This document shows, in pieces, positions 1-9,236 of a stretch of 31,659 nt of DNA. Position 1 is the first letter of the stretch; each line of letters begins with the position of its first letter. The position numbers were made by a program, and so were the translations under genes. Below the pieces are notes generated by a model. The model was not told the origin of the DNA and searched no databases. It worked only from the letters and a program-made list of their open reading frames with translations. The DNA is from a virus (taxonomy: Duplodnaviria; Caudoviricetes): the IMG/VR virus record IMGVR_UViG_3300048599_000205, positions 1 to 31,659 of that record; one strand, given 5' to 3'.

Positions 1-20
1 GCGCGAACCAGCTAAATCGG

Positions 21-68
21 TGTAGCGCGACAGGCGTTTGGCCAAATTTGACAGCCTGATGGCCAAGG
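21..68 (+). repeat. Left terminal inverted repeat with two tandem putative transposase-binding sites
   Basis: TGTAGCGCGACAGGCGTTTGGCCAAATTTGACAGCCTGATGGCCAAGG; 35/48 identical to the reverse complement of 31592-31639; two GACAG-N5-TGGCCA units with a 21-bp period. Confidence 0.93.
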
Positions 69-96
69 ATACAGATTACCGCCGGGCGGTAACGAC

Positions 97-1311
97 TCAC
101 GGAGGGAACCACAGGCCGGAAGTGGCAGTAGCGCCCGAGCTACCACCATCGCTGGCGGAACCCACAGCCACGATAGCACCATCGGCATATACAGCGTCCT
201 GCCACTGGAACGGGTAACACTGACCGATAGTGCTGCGACGCTGCCAACCAGAGAATCCGTTAGTCCCGCCAAAGTACCAGATACGAACACGATGCTCGGT
301 CGCTGCGTTGACACCAGCGACCGCGACAAACCCTGCATTCTCAGGGTCGTAAACAATTGCTCGCCAGTCGTTCTTCTCGGCAAAGCTGCCGAGCTCAGCG
401 TACGTCCCTCCGTCATCACTCCAATAGCCGCAGGAACCACCGGTCGAGTCGTATCCCGCTATAAACAGATGACCATTACCGGCGCCGTCGCTACAGATAC
501 GTCGAAACAGAGTACTCGCCGTGCCGAGACTAACGACGGTCGCGGCGGTACCAATATCTAGCCACCGAACAATCCGCCGATCACCGATAGCGACGAATCC
601 TGTCGTCCGATCATAGTACCAATCGGCGACATTCATCGTCGATGCAACAGCGGGGTCGTTGAGCGCGGCGAAGCCGAGCCCCGTCGTACCCAGTAATGAT
701 ATACGCTGTATCGCTACGGTATGGCTCGGCTCGATCGTATTCGGCAACAAGTAGACAACGTCGCTACCAACAGCCGAATCAACCACCAAGTAAGCCGCGG
801 CAAATTCCCCAATCCCGTTGAGGATAAAATTCCACGTGATACCGTCACTAGAACAAAACAAGTTCGACGTCGGGTTCGACCATGTCACGCGCTTGGCGAT
901 GAGGACGAACATACTAGCACCTGGCACCCAGACCACGTCAGTACACGGAGACGCCGCCGAAGCACTGATAGGCAACGCCCGCTCGACCCAAGTATTCCCA
1001 CCATCATCGGATGTCCTGACGGTGTTGTACGAGCCACTAACACCGCCGACTGCCACTAGTCTCCGTAGCTTTGGAGAGTATGCGATAGCCGCTAGAGGAC
1101 GACTCGACAACTGAGGCGGCGACCAAATCTGACCACGACTCATGCGACCCTGTGAACGCACGTAACTTAGCAATTGTTTCGTGCGCCAACCAAGCGTCTT
1201 CGAAGCGGCGTTAAGTGGGCCATCTTCGCCGCCTCGTACCGGGTCGGTGATCTCGATACGACGCAGTGGTTCACTCCAACCGTTTGCAGCTTCTTCTAGC
1301 AGTCCAGTCAT
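97..1311 (-). CDS. Tail fibre / receptor-binding protein with Asp-box (BNR) beta-propeller-like C-terminus
   Basis: N-terminus (W..PLRRIEITDPVRGGEDGPLN...L..RT..L) resembles the baseplate-attachment region of Mu/P2-like fibres. Asp-box motifs SDDGGNTW, SSDGITW, SDDGGTY. Last gene of the tail operon. Confidence 0.8.
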   Translation of the reverse strand: MTGLLEEAANGWSEPLRRIEITDPVRGGEDGPLNAASKTLGWRTKQLLSYVRSQGRMSRGQIWSPPQLSSRPLAAIAYSPKLRRLVAVGGVSGSYNTVRTSDDGGNTWVERALPISASAASPCTDVVWVPGASMFVLIAKRVTWSNPTSNLFCSSDGITWNFILNGIGEFAAAYLVVDSAVGSDVVYLLPNTIEPSHTVAIQRISLLGTTGLGFAALNDPAVASTMNVADWYYDRTTGFVAIGDRRIVRWLDIGTAATVVSLGTASTLFRRICSDGAGNGHLFIAGYDSTGGSCGYWSDDGGTYAELGSFAEKNDWRAIVYDPENAGFVAVAGVNAATEHRVRIWYFGGTNGFSGWQRRSTIGQCYPFQWQDAVYADGAIVAVGSASDGGSSGATATSGLWFPP

Positions 1312-1325
1312 ACGTCCTCTATGGT

Positions 1326-1877
1326 TCAGCTCGGAACCGTCGCGTTGTTGCGGTACACGTGTCGACCAGTAGCGTCAGTGACAACCAATACGTGACGTAC
1401 ACTCTTACGTCCCCAATAGTCGACATTGCGCCATACCTCATCGATCTGGTTGGTTGTGAGAGTCACCCCGGTAGCCGTCAGATAAAGATGGCAAACGGCC
1501 CAATGAGAGTCGTAACCACACTCGTACGGCTCACCGTCGGCCAAGATAGAGCCATCGCACAGCAAATGCTGTAGTCCGCTACGGAATGCGACGACATACC
1601 CAAGTCCTTCAAGCGCCGCCTCGACTGCGGCGCGTGTGCCACGACCAGCGAGCACCATCAGTCCGCTTGGCAGCGCAGAGCGTAAGGCGTCAGCAGCTAA
1701 CACACGAGACAGACCGAGACCAGACGCGATATGTTGTAGCGCTTCGTCCGGTGAATTCGCGATATCCCATACGAGACAACTCTCTACCCGTATAGCAGCG
1801 AATCGTTCTTCGGTGACCCGCATGAAGACGCGACTAAAGGCGTCATTCAGGCCATCGGGTGCCGGAACACCACTCAC
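1326..1877 (-). CDS. Baseplate/tail protein, P2 gpI-like
   Basis: Lies between gpJ and the fibre; RGTRAAVEAALEGLG motif typical of P2 gpI family. Start reassigned to GTG 1877 (GTGA overlap with the gpJ stop). Confidence 0.75.
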   Translation of the reverse strand: MSGVPAPDGLNDAFSRVFMRVTEERFAAIRVESCLVWDIANSPDEALQHIASGLGLSRVLAADALRSALPSGLMVLAGRGTRAAVEAALEGLGYVVAFRSGLQHLLCDGSILADGEPYECGYDSHWAVCHLYLTATGVTLTTNQIDEVWRNVDYWGRKSVRHVLVVTDATGRHVYRNNATVPS

Positions 1878-2998
1878 GGCAGTGGCTCCTCGGTGAAACC
1901 AGCTAGGTTCACCGTTAGTGAACGAAGACTTGCGAACTGACCACTGCCAATCAATGGTATCTCGCTCGTTACGGTGCAGTCGTATACCTCTGCAACTGAT
2001 GATATCGCGACGCTCTCGATTCGGTTCGGTACGATCTGGTATTCGAGCCGCGCGCATCGGGCAAGGACGTACGAGCGACTTTGTGTTGCAACGTCTTCAA
2101 TAGCCTGCGCAGGCGTTCGAGGAGCTTGCGGGCGATACAGCGTGACCGATAGAACGAGGTCAAATTCGACGGCGGTAGCCGCCACGACATCGACCGCATC
2201 ATTCTCGGGCATGTTCGAATCTGGGTCGTATGCAGCAAGCACCTGTGCCAACAGCCCGGCACTGGGAACGCCTGTCGAGGCCAACACCGTCACACGCACG
2301 ATACCATCGACCAAACGAGTCGCCTTCGCGTCGGCTACAGCGGTAGAGACACCACGAGCGATAGCCTCGTACGCGTCGCCCGGACCAGCCCCGGAAACCT
2401 TAGCTACCGCCAGCGGAACACGAACTCTCATCGCCTCGGTAGACTCGGATACGGTACCTCCACCAGTCTCGCCGATGTTAGACACAGCGACCTCAAAATC
2501 GAGTCGCGACACAAGATCACAGACAGTGCCAGCAAGATATCCGTTACCGACAGTTCCGGTAGTCGTACACGTACCGTCTGACGCACCACTGAGTTGACCC
2601 GCCGCTATGGTCACATCTCGGTCAAGTGTAAACACGACCTTACCGTCCTTCGACCGAACGGCGAAACCAGATGGGACCACGCTCACGACTGACCGTACCG
2701 CTGGTAGCGTAGCCTGGAATGTCGCAACAGCCGCTTTCGCTGGTATCCGTTTCTCGCCGACTAACGCCGCGAGGTAGTCAATCATTGGGTACGACGCGTA
2801 CGCCCAAAGGTTCTGCTTACACGCCTCTTGGATGGCGACCCGTACCAACGTCTCGCGGTACGCGAGCTGTTCACAGAGAATTCGCTCGGTTGACGCTGGC
2901 GGGAGCGCTTCACCTAGCAACTCCTCGGTGCGCGCAACTATCGCGTCGCGTATCACGGCACCATCACGGTCAATAAACGATGGCTCGGGAAGCGTCAT
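1874..2998 (-). CDS. Baseplate wedge protein, P2 gpJ / Mu gp47 family
   Basis: MTLPEPSFIDRD...LAYRETLVR..IQEA.KQNL.AYA and AGP.DAY motifs. ATG 2998 overlaps the gpW stop (ATGA). Confidence 0.9.
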   Translation of the reverse strand: MTLPEPSFIDRDGAVIRDAIVARTEELLGEALPPASTERILCEQLAYRETLVRVAIQEACKQNLWAYASYPMIDYLAALVGEKRIPAKAAVATFQATLPAVRSVVSVVPSGFAVRSKDGKVVFTLDRDVTIAAGQLSGASDGTCTTTGTVGNGYLAGTVCDLVSRLDFEVAVSNIGETGGGTVSESTEAMRVRVPLAVAKVSGAGPGDAYEAIARGVSTAVADAKATRLVDGIVRVTVLASTGVPSAGLLAQVLAAYDPDSNMPENDAVDVVAATAVEFDLVLSVTLYRPQAPRTPAQAIEDVATQSRSYVLARCARLEYQIVPNRIESVAISSVAEVYDCTVTSEIPLIGSGQFASLRSLTVNLAGFTEEPLP

Positions 2999-3330
2999 TT
3001 GATTGTAACCCTCGTCGTGCGACTCTTCGCGGTACTCTTCGGGCGCCATGTCACGTCGAGCGAGACCTCACCAGGAGCCGCACTAGCTACGACTGTAGAA
3101 AGCACCACCAGTCGACCATCGATAGCGGCGGCTTGACGCACATAAGCCGGCGCCTTCGAGCGCGCCTCGATGAGCGGCGCGTCGATTAGTTCATAAAGCA
3201 ACGAGCCCAGCTCGGGACTATTCGGCACGCTGCCCTTCCGCAAGGTTAGACATAGCCCCAACGATTGCTCGAGCTCGGCATCGTCGCTTGATGGCACTCC
3301 GACCGCGCCGACTTGGCGCTGTGTTGACAT
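2995..3330 (-). CDS. Baseplate wedge protein, gpW/gp25 family
   Basis: QSL.L.LT.RKGSVP..PELGS.LYELID.P motif; 111 aa; directly upstream of gpJ. Confidence 0.88.
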   Translation of the reverse strand: MSTQRQVGAVGVPSSDDAELEQSLGLCLTLRKGSVPNSPELGSLLYELIDAPLIEARSKAPAYVRQAAAIDGRLVVLSTVVASAAPGEVSLDVTWRPKSTAKSRTTRVTIK

Positions 3331-3337
3331 GCGGGCT

Positions 3338-3383
3338 ATATTGCGCCGCGAACGGTGCGCACGCGATGACGGTACAGGGCCAC
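3338..3383 (-). promoter_or_regulatory. Putative late promoter 3 (activator motif plus -10-like box) for gpW-J-I-fibre
   Basis: GTGGCCCTGTACCG (3383-3370), 26 nt, CAATAT (3343-3338), 7 nt, ATG. Same motif and spacing recur at 14926 and 23879. Confidence 0.65.
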
Positions 3384-3385
3384 TA

Positions 3386-3946
3386 TCAGCCGCTCTTTAG
3401 CTGCGCGGCACCGACTGCCCCAACTGCGTAGGACACGGCAACGGGAGCACCTGTCGTGCCCGTGACCGGACTACCAGGCGCGGCACTCAGGAGAAGCGTA
3501 CCAGCAATGTGACCGTGCGCCTTGTAGTCGTTCACGAACGCCTTCAACTCTGTCTCGACCTTCGTCGCGAGCGCGACCAAGCTCGATGAACCACACAACT
3601 CGAGCGACCCGCCAGATGGCACGGTAACCGCGAGCACGTGAGTCGTCTTGTTGTACTTGATTTCGAACCCATCGGATAACGTGACGACCACTACGTTATC
3701 AGCGTCGGCAGGCGGAGCATCAGCGGTCGAGTAAACCGCACCGAGGACGCATCCGGCTTCATTCTGCTCGTCGAGTAGGACTGCTACCTGATTCCCTTTC
3801 GGAGGTATCCGATAGTACTTATCTTCGTGCGTCGACCCCTGTAACACGTCGAGCCAGCCACTCAACAGGTCCTGCTCCTGCGGAAACCGAACCCTCACGC
3901 GACAGGTAGCCGCATCCACTTCCTCTACGATACCTCGCCTATACAC
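3386..3946 (-). CDS. Baseplate spike protein, gpV/gp45 family
   Basis: RRGIVEEVD...RVRVRF...SGWL..L...P..G.QVAVL OB-fold N-terminus; C-terminal HxH (HGH) spike-tip motif. Confidence 0.9.
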   Translation of the reverse strand: MYRRGIVEEVDAATCRVRVRFPQEQDLLSGWLDVLQGSTHEDKYYRIPPKGNQVAVLLDEQNEAGCVLGAVYSTADAPPADADNVVVVTLSDGFEIKYNKTTHVLAVTVPSGGSLELCGSSSLVALATKVETELKAFVNDYKAHGHIAGTLLLSAAPGSPVTGTTGAPVAVSYAVGAVGAAQLKSG

Positions 3947-5216
3947 AGGTCACCTCAACGCTTGTCGAGTATCCCGAGCTACGTCCGACTCGATGAGCCG
4001 ACGACTGGATCAGGTAGGCACCAGACACTCGACCCATTGAACCGAGCTCGATAGTAGCCCCGGCAACTAGACAGGGGTCGCCAGACATTGCGAGGGTACC
4101 GTTGACGCGCAACCGATTGGCATCGAGCAACAGCGCCCGAGCTTGTAGCTCAGCCTGTTCGATGGTCTCAACCCGGATGGTCTTTCGTAGTACTCGACCG
4201 GCGACTTCGACCTTGACGCCATCACCGGCACTCGCCGCGGCTGAGCCCCAACCGGCCTCACGCGACAGGCGAACAGTCTCCGGGCCAACAACACCATCAG
4301 GAGAGGCCTCGAGGCGTTGTTGATAGACTACCGTGCCTCGTCGAGTCTTCGCTCCGAACTTGCCGTCGACAGTTCCGACGTCGCACCCCTGACTCGTGAC
4401 CCAGGTCTGCCATGACTTCACATCGTCACCGGATGAGCCTTGCCGAAGTGTACGTGTCGGAATGATGACGTCACCGGCGACCGAGCCGCTCACGACCGTC
4501 TTCGTGCGAGCGTGAGCTGCCTCGACGCGTACCTTGCGCAATTCCTTAGTTGTTGGGTCTAGGTACGATACCTCGCACGCGACGTAGGTATTTTGGTTTG
4601 ACCCCTTGAGGTCGTAGGACGCCAAGTCGGTGCGACCGTACCGCATAACGACCTTTGACGCCTCGAGTTGTACCAAGTCGTAGAACACGAGCTTCGGAGG
4701 CCGGACACTGAACGCGTATCCGTACGCCTGAGCGAGGCGACGCAGGAACGCTAAAGTGGTCTCTTGTGACTGCGTGATGTGCGCGATGGGCACGTCGACT
4801 ATCTCACCGCAGACCTCGAGCTCGAGCTCGCCAGCTATCCGTTCGACGAGCGAGCGGAGCGTCACCTTATCGTAGGCTCGTGAGACGACGCTACGCAACG
4901 GGCTGGTGACGGGTACGGCCTGTGCGCTGAGAGTGACCGTATCGGGCTTTCCCCGTAGACCTACCTCGTCGACCTTGAACGCTCCACAGTCGAGTAGCGG
5001 TTGGCCTTCGTACCCCATCTTCACGGCGAGACTATCGCCGGATGATGGGCACCAGCCCTCGCGCCATAAGCCATCTCGGTCGTCGAGCGTGAGCTGTAGT
5101 TCGTCGCTCTTGCCGCTCACATTGTCGACGTACTCGGCGGACAGTACCATCGGAGCAATCTCGTCGGAGATGTCGGTCCCTTCGTATGTGATCAACCATT
5201 TCGGCGCAGGTCTCAC
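3939..5216 (-). CDS. Baseplate hub (late control gpD family) with inserted peptidoglycan-binding domain
   Basis: Y.DN.SGKSDEL.LTLDD.DG.W, Q..ET.LAFL.RLA..YGY and G.Y.I....H.....GY.T motifs; internal PG_binding_1-like segment at about 4265-4455. Confidence 0.88.
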   Translation of the reverse strand: MRPAPKWLITYEGTDISDEIAPMVLSAEYVDNVSGKSDELQLTLDDRDGLWREGWCPSSGDSLAVKMGYEGQPLLDCGAFKVDEVGLRGKPDTVTLSAQAVPVTSPLRSVVSRAYDKVTLRSLVERIAGELELEVCGEIVDVPIAHITQSQETTLAFLRRLAQAYGYAFSVRPPKLVFYDLVQLEASKVVMRYGRTDLASYDLKGSNQNTYVACEVSYLDPTTKELRKVRVEAAHARTKTVVSGSVAGDVIIPTRTLRQGSSGDDVKSWQTWVTSQGCDVGTVDGKFGAKTRRGTVVYQQRLEASPDGVVGPETVRLSREAGWGSAAASAGDGVKVEVAGRVLRKTIRVETIEQAELQARALLLDANRLRVNGTLAMSGDPCLVAGATIELGSMGRVSGAYLIQSSAHRVGRSSGYSTSVEVTCV

Positions 5217-5431
5217 GTCGACCTCTTCCAGGGCGGAGCTGACGCGGATGTCGTAGCCGCGTCGCGTATCGGGATCAGTAGTTTGATGCCACCCGTCAAT
5301 GTCGGACGAATCGGTACCGACGGGTTAGCGGCGATGATTGGCTCGTAACCAAACGCATCACCGTAATACGCGTATGCGATCGAGTCCCATCGGTCGCCGT
5401 CCTTCGTCACGTACGTCACATAGTCGGTCAT
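5213..5431 (-). CDS. Tail protein X (P2 gpX, LysM-like)
   Basis: YVTKDGDRWDSIAYAYYGD...IIAANP...GIKLLIP...PPW motif. Confidence 0.92.
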   Translation of the reverse strand: MTDYVTYVTKDGDRWDSIAYAYYGDAFGYEPIIAANPSVPIRPTLTGGIKLLIPIRDAATTSASAPPWKRST

Positions 5432-5434
5432 GAC

Positions 5435-5935
5435 CTACGACCTCACGATTGTCGCGCGGTCGACTGTGTTAGGGTCTCCGCTGGTATCTTCGGGTGGCGG
5501 TGCGATCAACTCAGGCGTCGCGTAGCCGGATACTCCTGGCGGTCGCGTAAGTTCGACGTCCTCGCCACCAGGCTCTTTCAGCGACACGTCGACCGACATC
5601 GCAACAACGGTCCCGTCGGCTAGCGTCCAGTTGTTCCGATACTGGATGCTCCCGATGACGTAGTTTCCCCAATAGCTACCGCCGTCGGTCCACACCTGGA
5701 ACGACGTTCCCGACGCCTTTATCTCCTTCAGTGCGTCGAGCATTGCTGACGGTTGACAGAACTGGGCATGCAGATACAACCCGACACTTAGCGTCTCGCC
5801 GACTTCTCCCATCCACTGAAGCCGAGGCTTGCCCTCGATGACATCCTGTTGCGCCCACGCCGCTCCGGATTCGCCACTCACCGAACGGACTGCTAGCAGC
5901 GGAAGTGTCAGGTACTCGCCGAGGCGCAACATCAC
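5435..5935 (-). CDS. Tail protein, P2 gpU family
   Basis: WAQQDVIEGKPRLQWMG...LHAQFC.P and G.YVI motifs; follows the tape measure gene. Confidence 0.87.
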   Translation of the reverse strand: MMLRLGEYLTLPLLAVRSVSGESGAAWAQQDVIEGKPRLQWMGEVGETLSVGLYLHAQFCQPSAMLDALKEIKASGTSFQVWTDGGSYWGNYVIGSIQYRNNWTLADGTVVAMSVDVSLKEPGGEDVELTRPPGVSGYATPELIAPPPEDTSGDPNTVDRATIVRS

Positions 5936-8226
5936 CCGAGCTCCGTGCGAGCGACTCGCGACTGGTGGGACTGTACAGCATTAGCCAACGCACGAGCGTT
6001 CGACGGGTCTCGTATCCACGACTCTAGTTGGGACACCGCCGACGCGCCCGTGTCGGCGAACTGGAACGTCACGGACATCGACGACGTGTTCTGGCTCGTC
6101 GTGACCGCGGTTTGACTTCCAGACATGACGCTCGGAGGTATAGCGGCCATCTGAGGCGCAGCGACAGAGGTCACGGCGCCCATCGCTAGAGCAGTCGCTC
6201 CTCGCATTGCATTGACGAGAGGTTCCGGGTGCACTGCGCTGGCGATTGTTTCGACGAGCTTTACTCGGTGAAGGTCCTTTAGTGGGCCTTCCTTCGCGGG
6301 ACTGAACGGTAGGTAGTTACGGACACGCTGCACGATCGATTTGATGGCCTCGATAGGACCACTCGCCGCGTTGACCATACCCTGGGTGAGAGTATTGATG
6401 ATGTTCGAACCCGCATCGATGAGCGAAAAACCGAACAGCCACTGCGTAACCGCATCGAGAGCCTTCACGATCCATGTGATTGGCTGAAACTGCATGAACA
6501 GCCCGAGCACACCCATGATACCGACACTGAACGCCGCTTTGATGTTGCCCCAAATGCCGCCAACGAATCCCACGACTCCGTCCCACGCGGTATAGAACGC
6601 CGACCTGATGCCGCCCCAAATGCCACCGAACCAGGCGACCGCACCCTGCCAAGTTGAGACGACCGATTGCCAAGCCCCAACGAATGCGGTCTTGATGCTC
6701 GCCCATAGCTTTATGAAGTACGCACTCAGCGGACCCCAATAGATGTAGATGAGCGCCACGGCGGCGATGACGGCCGCCACAATCCACGTGATGGGGTTGG
6801 CCAAGAGCGCAGCGGCCCAAGCCCAACACGACGCAGTAATGGCGCCGATCCCTCCGGTGGCGCCGGCCGCAGCCACACCAGCCGCAGTTGCCTCGCCGGC
6901 TGCCGCTGCCGAAGCAGTACCAGCGGCACCGATTGCGCCCGCGGCGGTCAACGCCGAACTAGCCATACCGACGAGCGCGCTACCAGCCGACATGAGCGGA
7001 GCGACGACCGAGCTCACACCGACGACCAGCACCGATACGGTCGCGGCGATTGCCGCTAGCTTCGGATGCTGACCTACGAACTTCGCGAGCGGCTCTAGGC
7101 ACTTGATGAGCTCGGGAGCGAGCGACGCGGCCGCACCCATGACAGCCGTTCCGAGCGTGACCTTCACGCTGTTGAGTTGATTGTCGAGTCTCACCAACTG
7201 AGCGCTCATCGTCGACTCGGCTGCCGCTTGGGCGTTCGCCGCGGAGCCGGCAGACTTGCCGATTGCGCCCCATTGCGTACTCAACCGATCTGTTTGATTG
7301 AGCAAGAGCGATACGTCGCGCCACGTCGACCCGAAGGCGGTCTGCATTGCTGCCAATGCCTCAGGCGAAGCCGACCGTAGGTCGCCGTACTTGGCCACGA
7401 CGGCCTTGAGTGTCGCGAGTACATCGAGGCCACCCGTCGCCGTCTTCTGTAGTTCAAAACCGAGAGGTTTGGCCGCTGCCTGCAGTCCGGTGATGACGTT
7501 GGCGACGGCTGCGCCACCCTCGCCGCCGAGGATACCTGCCGCGCCGAGAGCACCGAGCGCTCCGACGATTTGCTCGACCGGGACCTTCGCGTCACGCGCT
7601 GCCGCGGTCGCGTCCTTCAGCGGATCCGATAGCTCACCGACGTTGAACGCGTCGCCGTACACTTGTTTCGTACGGGTGAGTATGTCTGCCAGATGTCCGA
7701 GTTCTGTACCGTAGTCGGCAGCCTTATTGCCTGCGGAGTCGTAGAGGACGTTGAGTGTCGTCGCCGCGCCCTTGGCCTCGGTGGTCGCCGACGTCGCTAG
7801 TCTCATTGCCACATTCGTGGCGGTGATAGCGTCCGCGACACCCTTATCGGCGCGCATCATCTGAGTCGATACAGCGATGTAGTCAGCCGCGTTTGCGGTG
7901 TGAGCGCGCGAATAAGCGTCGCTCGCCTGCTGTACGGCTTGCAGCGTTGCCACACTGTCGCCACCTGCCATCTCAGCGACTGGGCGTAGCGCGAGTAGGG
8001 CCTGCTCGACCTGAGACGCTGGCTCAATCAGCGACTGAAGCGCGGCGGTACCGCGGTCGGCGAAGTCTTGGATGTTCTCGCGTGAGTCGTGTAGCGACTG
8101 ACTCAGTTTGCCAAGCGACTCGCCAGCCGCCGCCGCTCCGGCGAATGCGGCTCGTACCGCTTTTAGTGGCGCGGTAGCCTTGTCGATGACCGACAAGAGC
8201 ATCGCGAACTTCATGTCACCCGCCAT
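5932..8226 (-). CDS. Tail tape measure protein
   Basis: 764 aa, Ala-rich; IDKATAPL N-terminus, ANPITWIV hydrophobic segment, periodic Trp/Phe repeats, YLPFSPAKEGPL motif; expected position. Confidence 0.92.
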   Translation of the reverse strand: MAGDMKFAMLLSVIDKATAPLKAVRAAFAGAAAAGESLGKLSQSLHDSRENIQDFADRGTAALQSLIEPASQVEQALLALRPVAEMAGGDSVATLQAVQQASDAYSRAHTANAADYIAVSTQMMRADKGVADAITATNVAMRLATSATTEAKGAATTLNVLYDSAGNKAADYGTELGHLADILTRTKQVYGDAFNVGELSDPLKDATAAARDAKVPVEQIVGALGALGAAGILGGEGGAAVANVITGLQAAAKPLGFELQKTATGGLDVLATLKAVVAKYGDLRSASPEALAAMQTAFGSTWRDVSLLLNQTDRLSTQWGAIGKSAGSAANAQAAAESTMSAQLVRLDNQLNSVKVTLGTAVMGAAASLAPELIKCLEPLAKFVGQHPKLAAIAATVSVLVVGVSSVVAPLMSAGSALVGMASSALTAAGAIGAAGTASAAAAGEATAAGVAAAGATGGIGAITASCWAWAAALLANPITWIVAAVIAAVALIYIYWGPLSAYFIKLWASIKTAFVGAWQSVVSTWQGAVAWFGGIWGGIRSAFYTAWDGVVGFVGGIWGNIKAAFSVGIMGVLGLFMQFQPITWIVKALDAVTQWLFGFSLIDAGSNIINTLTQGMVNAASGPIEAIKSIVQRVRNYLPFSPAKEGPLKDLHRVKLVETIASAVHPEPLVNAMRGATALAMGAVTSVAAPQMAAIPPSVMSGSQTAVTTSQNTSSMSVTFQFADTGASAVSQLESWIRDPSNARALANAVQSHQSRVARTELG

Positions 8227-8401
8227 GTTTCGCTCGCTCCGTTTGGCGCGCTACCTCGGCAGCGCGCGCGTCACAGTAATCGGTCCAATCGTCCCACAGT
8301 GCGACAAGTTCGTCCTCGGGTGTCTCGAGGATATCACGCCACGCGAGACCACCATCCACGCGCAGGATGGTTAGGTGTTGGACACCGATGAACCGTTTCC
8401 C
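8216..8401 (-). CDS. Tail assembly chaperone frameshift extension (gpE'/gpT-like), reached by -1 slip at G GGA AAC
   Basis: In-frame heptamer GGGAAAC at 8401-8395. The -1 frame reads RFIGVQHLTILRVDGGLAWRDILETPEDELVALWDDW...HGG* (59 codons) and ends overlapping the TMP start. Absent from the ORF track. Confidence 0.8.
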   Translation of the reverse strand, partial: GKRFIGVQHLTILRVDGGLAWRDILETPEDELVALWDDWTDYCDARAAEVARQTERAKHGG

Positions 8402-8712
8402 AGTACGTGCGCAACGAGGACTAGCAGGTCGAGATCGTTCTGTTCGAGCACCTGTTCATAGGTCAAATCGTTGCCTTCGATTCGACACTTGACAGCAACC
8501 ATGGCCATCTGCCACGGAGCCGTACCTGTCCGCGTACCTTCCGGTGCTAACCGCTCCGCGAGTACTAGGTGTTTACCAGTGCCGTGTTTGAGAACCTGCG
8601 CGCGTCGTCCGCTCGGAAGCGTGACGTCGTTGTATCTTGCGTCGACCGCTACAGCATCCGGAGCCGGAACAACGCCTGCCGCCAACGACGAAGCCAATGT
8701 TTCCGTCGACAT
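8371..8712 (-). CDS. Tail assembly chaperone (gpE/gp41-like)
   Basis: VTLPSG.....G.GK.L..A motif; between tube and TMP genes; slippery site near the 3' end. Confidence 0.82.
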   Translation of the reverse strand: MSTETLASSLAAGVVPAPDAVAVDARYNDVTLPSGRRAQVLKHGTGKHLVLAERLAPEGTRTGTAPWQMAMVAVKCRIEGNDLTYEQVLEQNDLDLLVLVAHVLGNGSSVSNT

Positions 8713-8714
8713 GT

Positions 8715-9233
8715 TTACTTACCTCCCAAGTTCGCGCGATACGTCGCGAGCACGTCTACACCGTCTACCTTCCAGACGTTCTCTAGTATGTCGATTTCGA
8801 TGGTATCCTTACCATCCACGTTGACCTTGACATACGTCGTCGATAGCTCTTGCTCGGCCTCAACCTTCGCACCCGGAGAGAACGCGCCTAGCGGCGATTT
8901 CTTCCAGGTGCACACAAGGCTCACGATGAGCGGGACCTCAGACTCTCGACCTCCAGCGCCGAACGTCTCGATGCTGGCTCGGACCTGTAGCTTGTGCGAA
9001 GCGAACGGGTTAGCGCCCAACTTCAGCGCGTCGGGATAGAACCCGTTCCACTTAATCTTCGTCGTGAGCAGGTCGAGTCCTGTTGGTATCTCGATACTGC
9101 CAATCATCCCGAGTCCACGATGCGACTCGACCGCCGCAACGACGTCGGGCAGTGTGATGGTACCGGCGCGCCCAATGAGATTGTTCGTGCCGTCGATATA
9201 AACGTTAGCGTTCAGTACCTGCGAGACGTTCAT
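8715..9233 (-). CDS. Major tail tube protein (P2 FII family)
   Basis: NANVYIDG...GRA..ITLP...H.GLGMIG.IE.PTG and VDGVDVLATYRANLG motifs. Confidence 0.93.
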   Translation of the reverse strand: MNVSQVLNANVYIDGTNNLIGRAGTITLPDVVAAVESHRGLGMIGSIEIPTGLDLLTTKIKWNGFYPDALKLGANPFASHKLQVRASIETFGAGGRESEVPLIVSLVCTWKKSPLGAFSPGAKVEAEQELSTTYVKVNVDGKDTIEIDILENVWKVDGVDVLATYRANLGGK

Positions 9234-9236
9234 TGT

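Noticed and set aside
12-440. 142-aa minus-strand ORF crossing the left end
   Set aside because: Out of frame within the fibre gene and runs through the terminal repeat into flanking DNA.
21-1400. Invertible tail-fibre segment or diversity-generating retroelement
   Set aside because: No recombinase, reverse transcriptase, flanking inverted sites or template/variable repeat pair seen.
1878-2057. Longest-ORF starts for gpI (2057), gpJ (3049), gemA (22758), mor (23330), gp26 (24212), ner (16636) and terminase (25825)
   Set aside because: They overlap neighbouring genes extensively; downstream starts with stop-start coupling or promoter spacing match the family N-termini.
6440-6720. Periodic Trp/Gly repeats in the tape measure gene
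   Set aside because: Normal feature of tape measure proteins.
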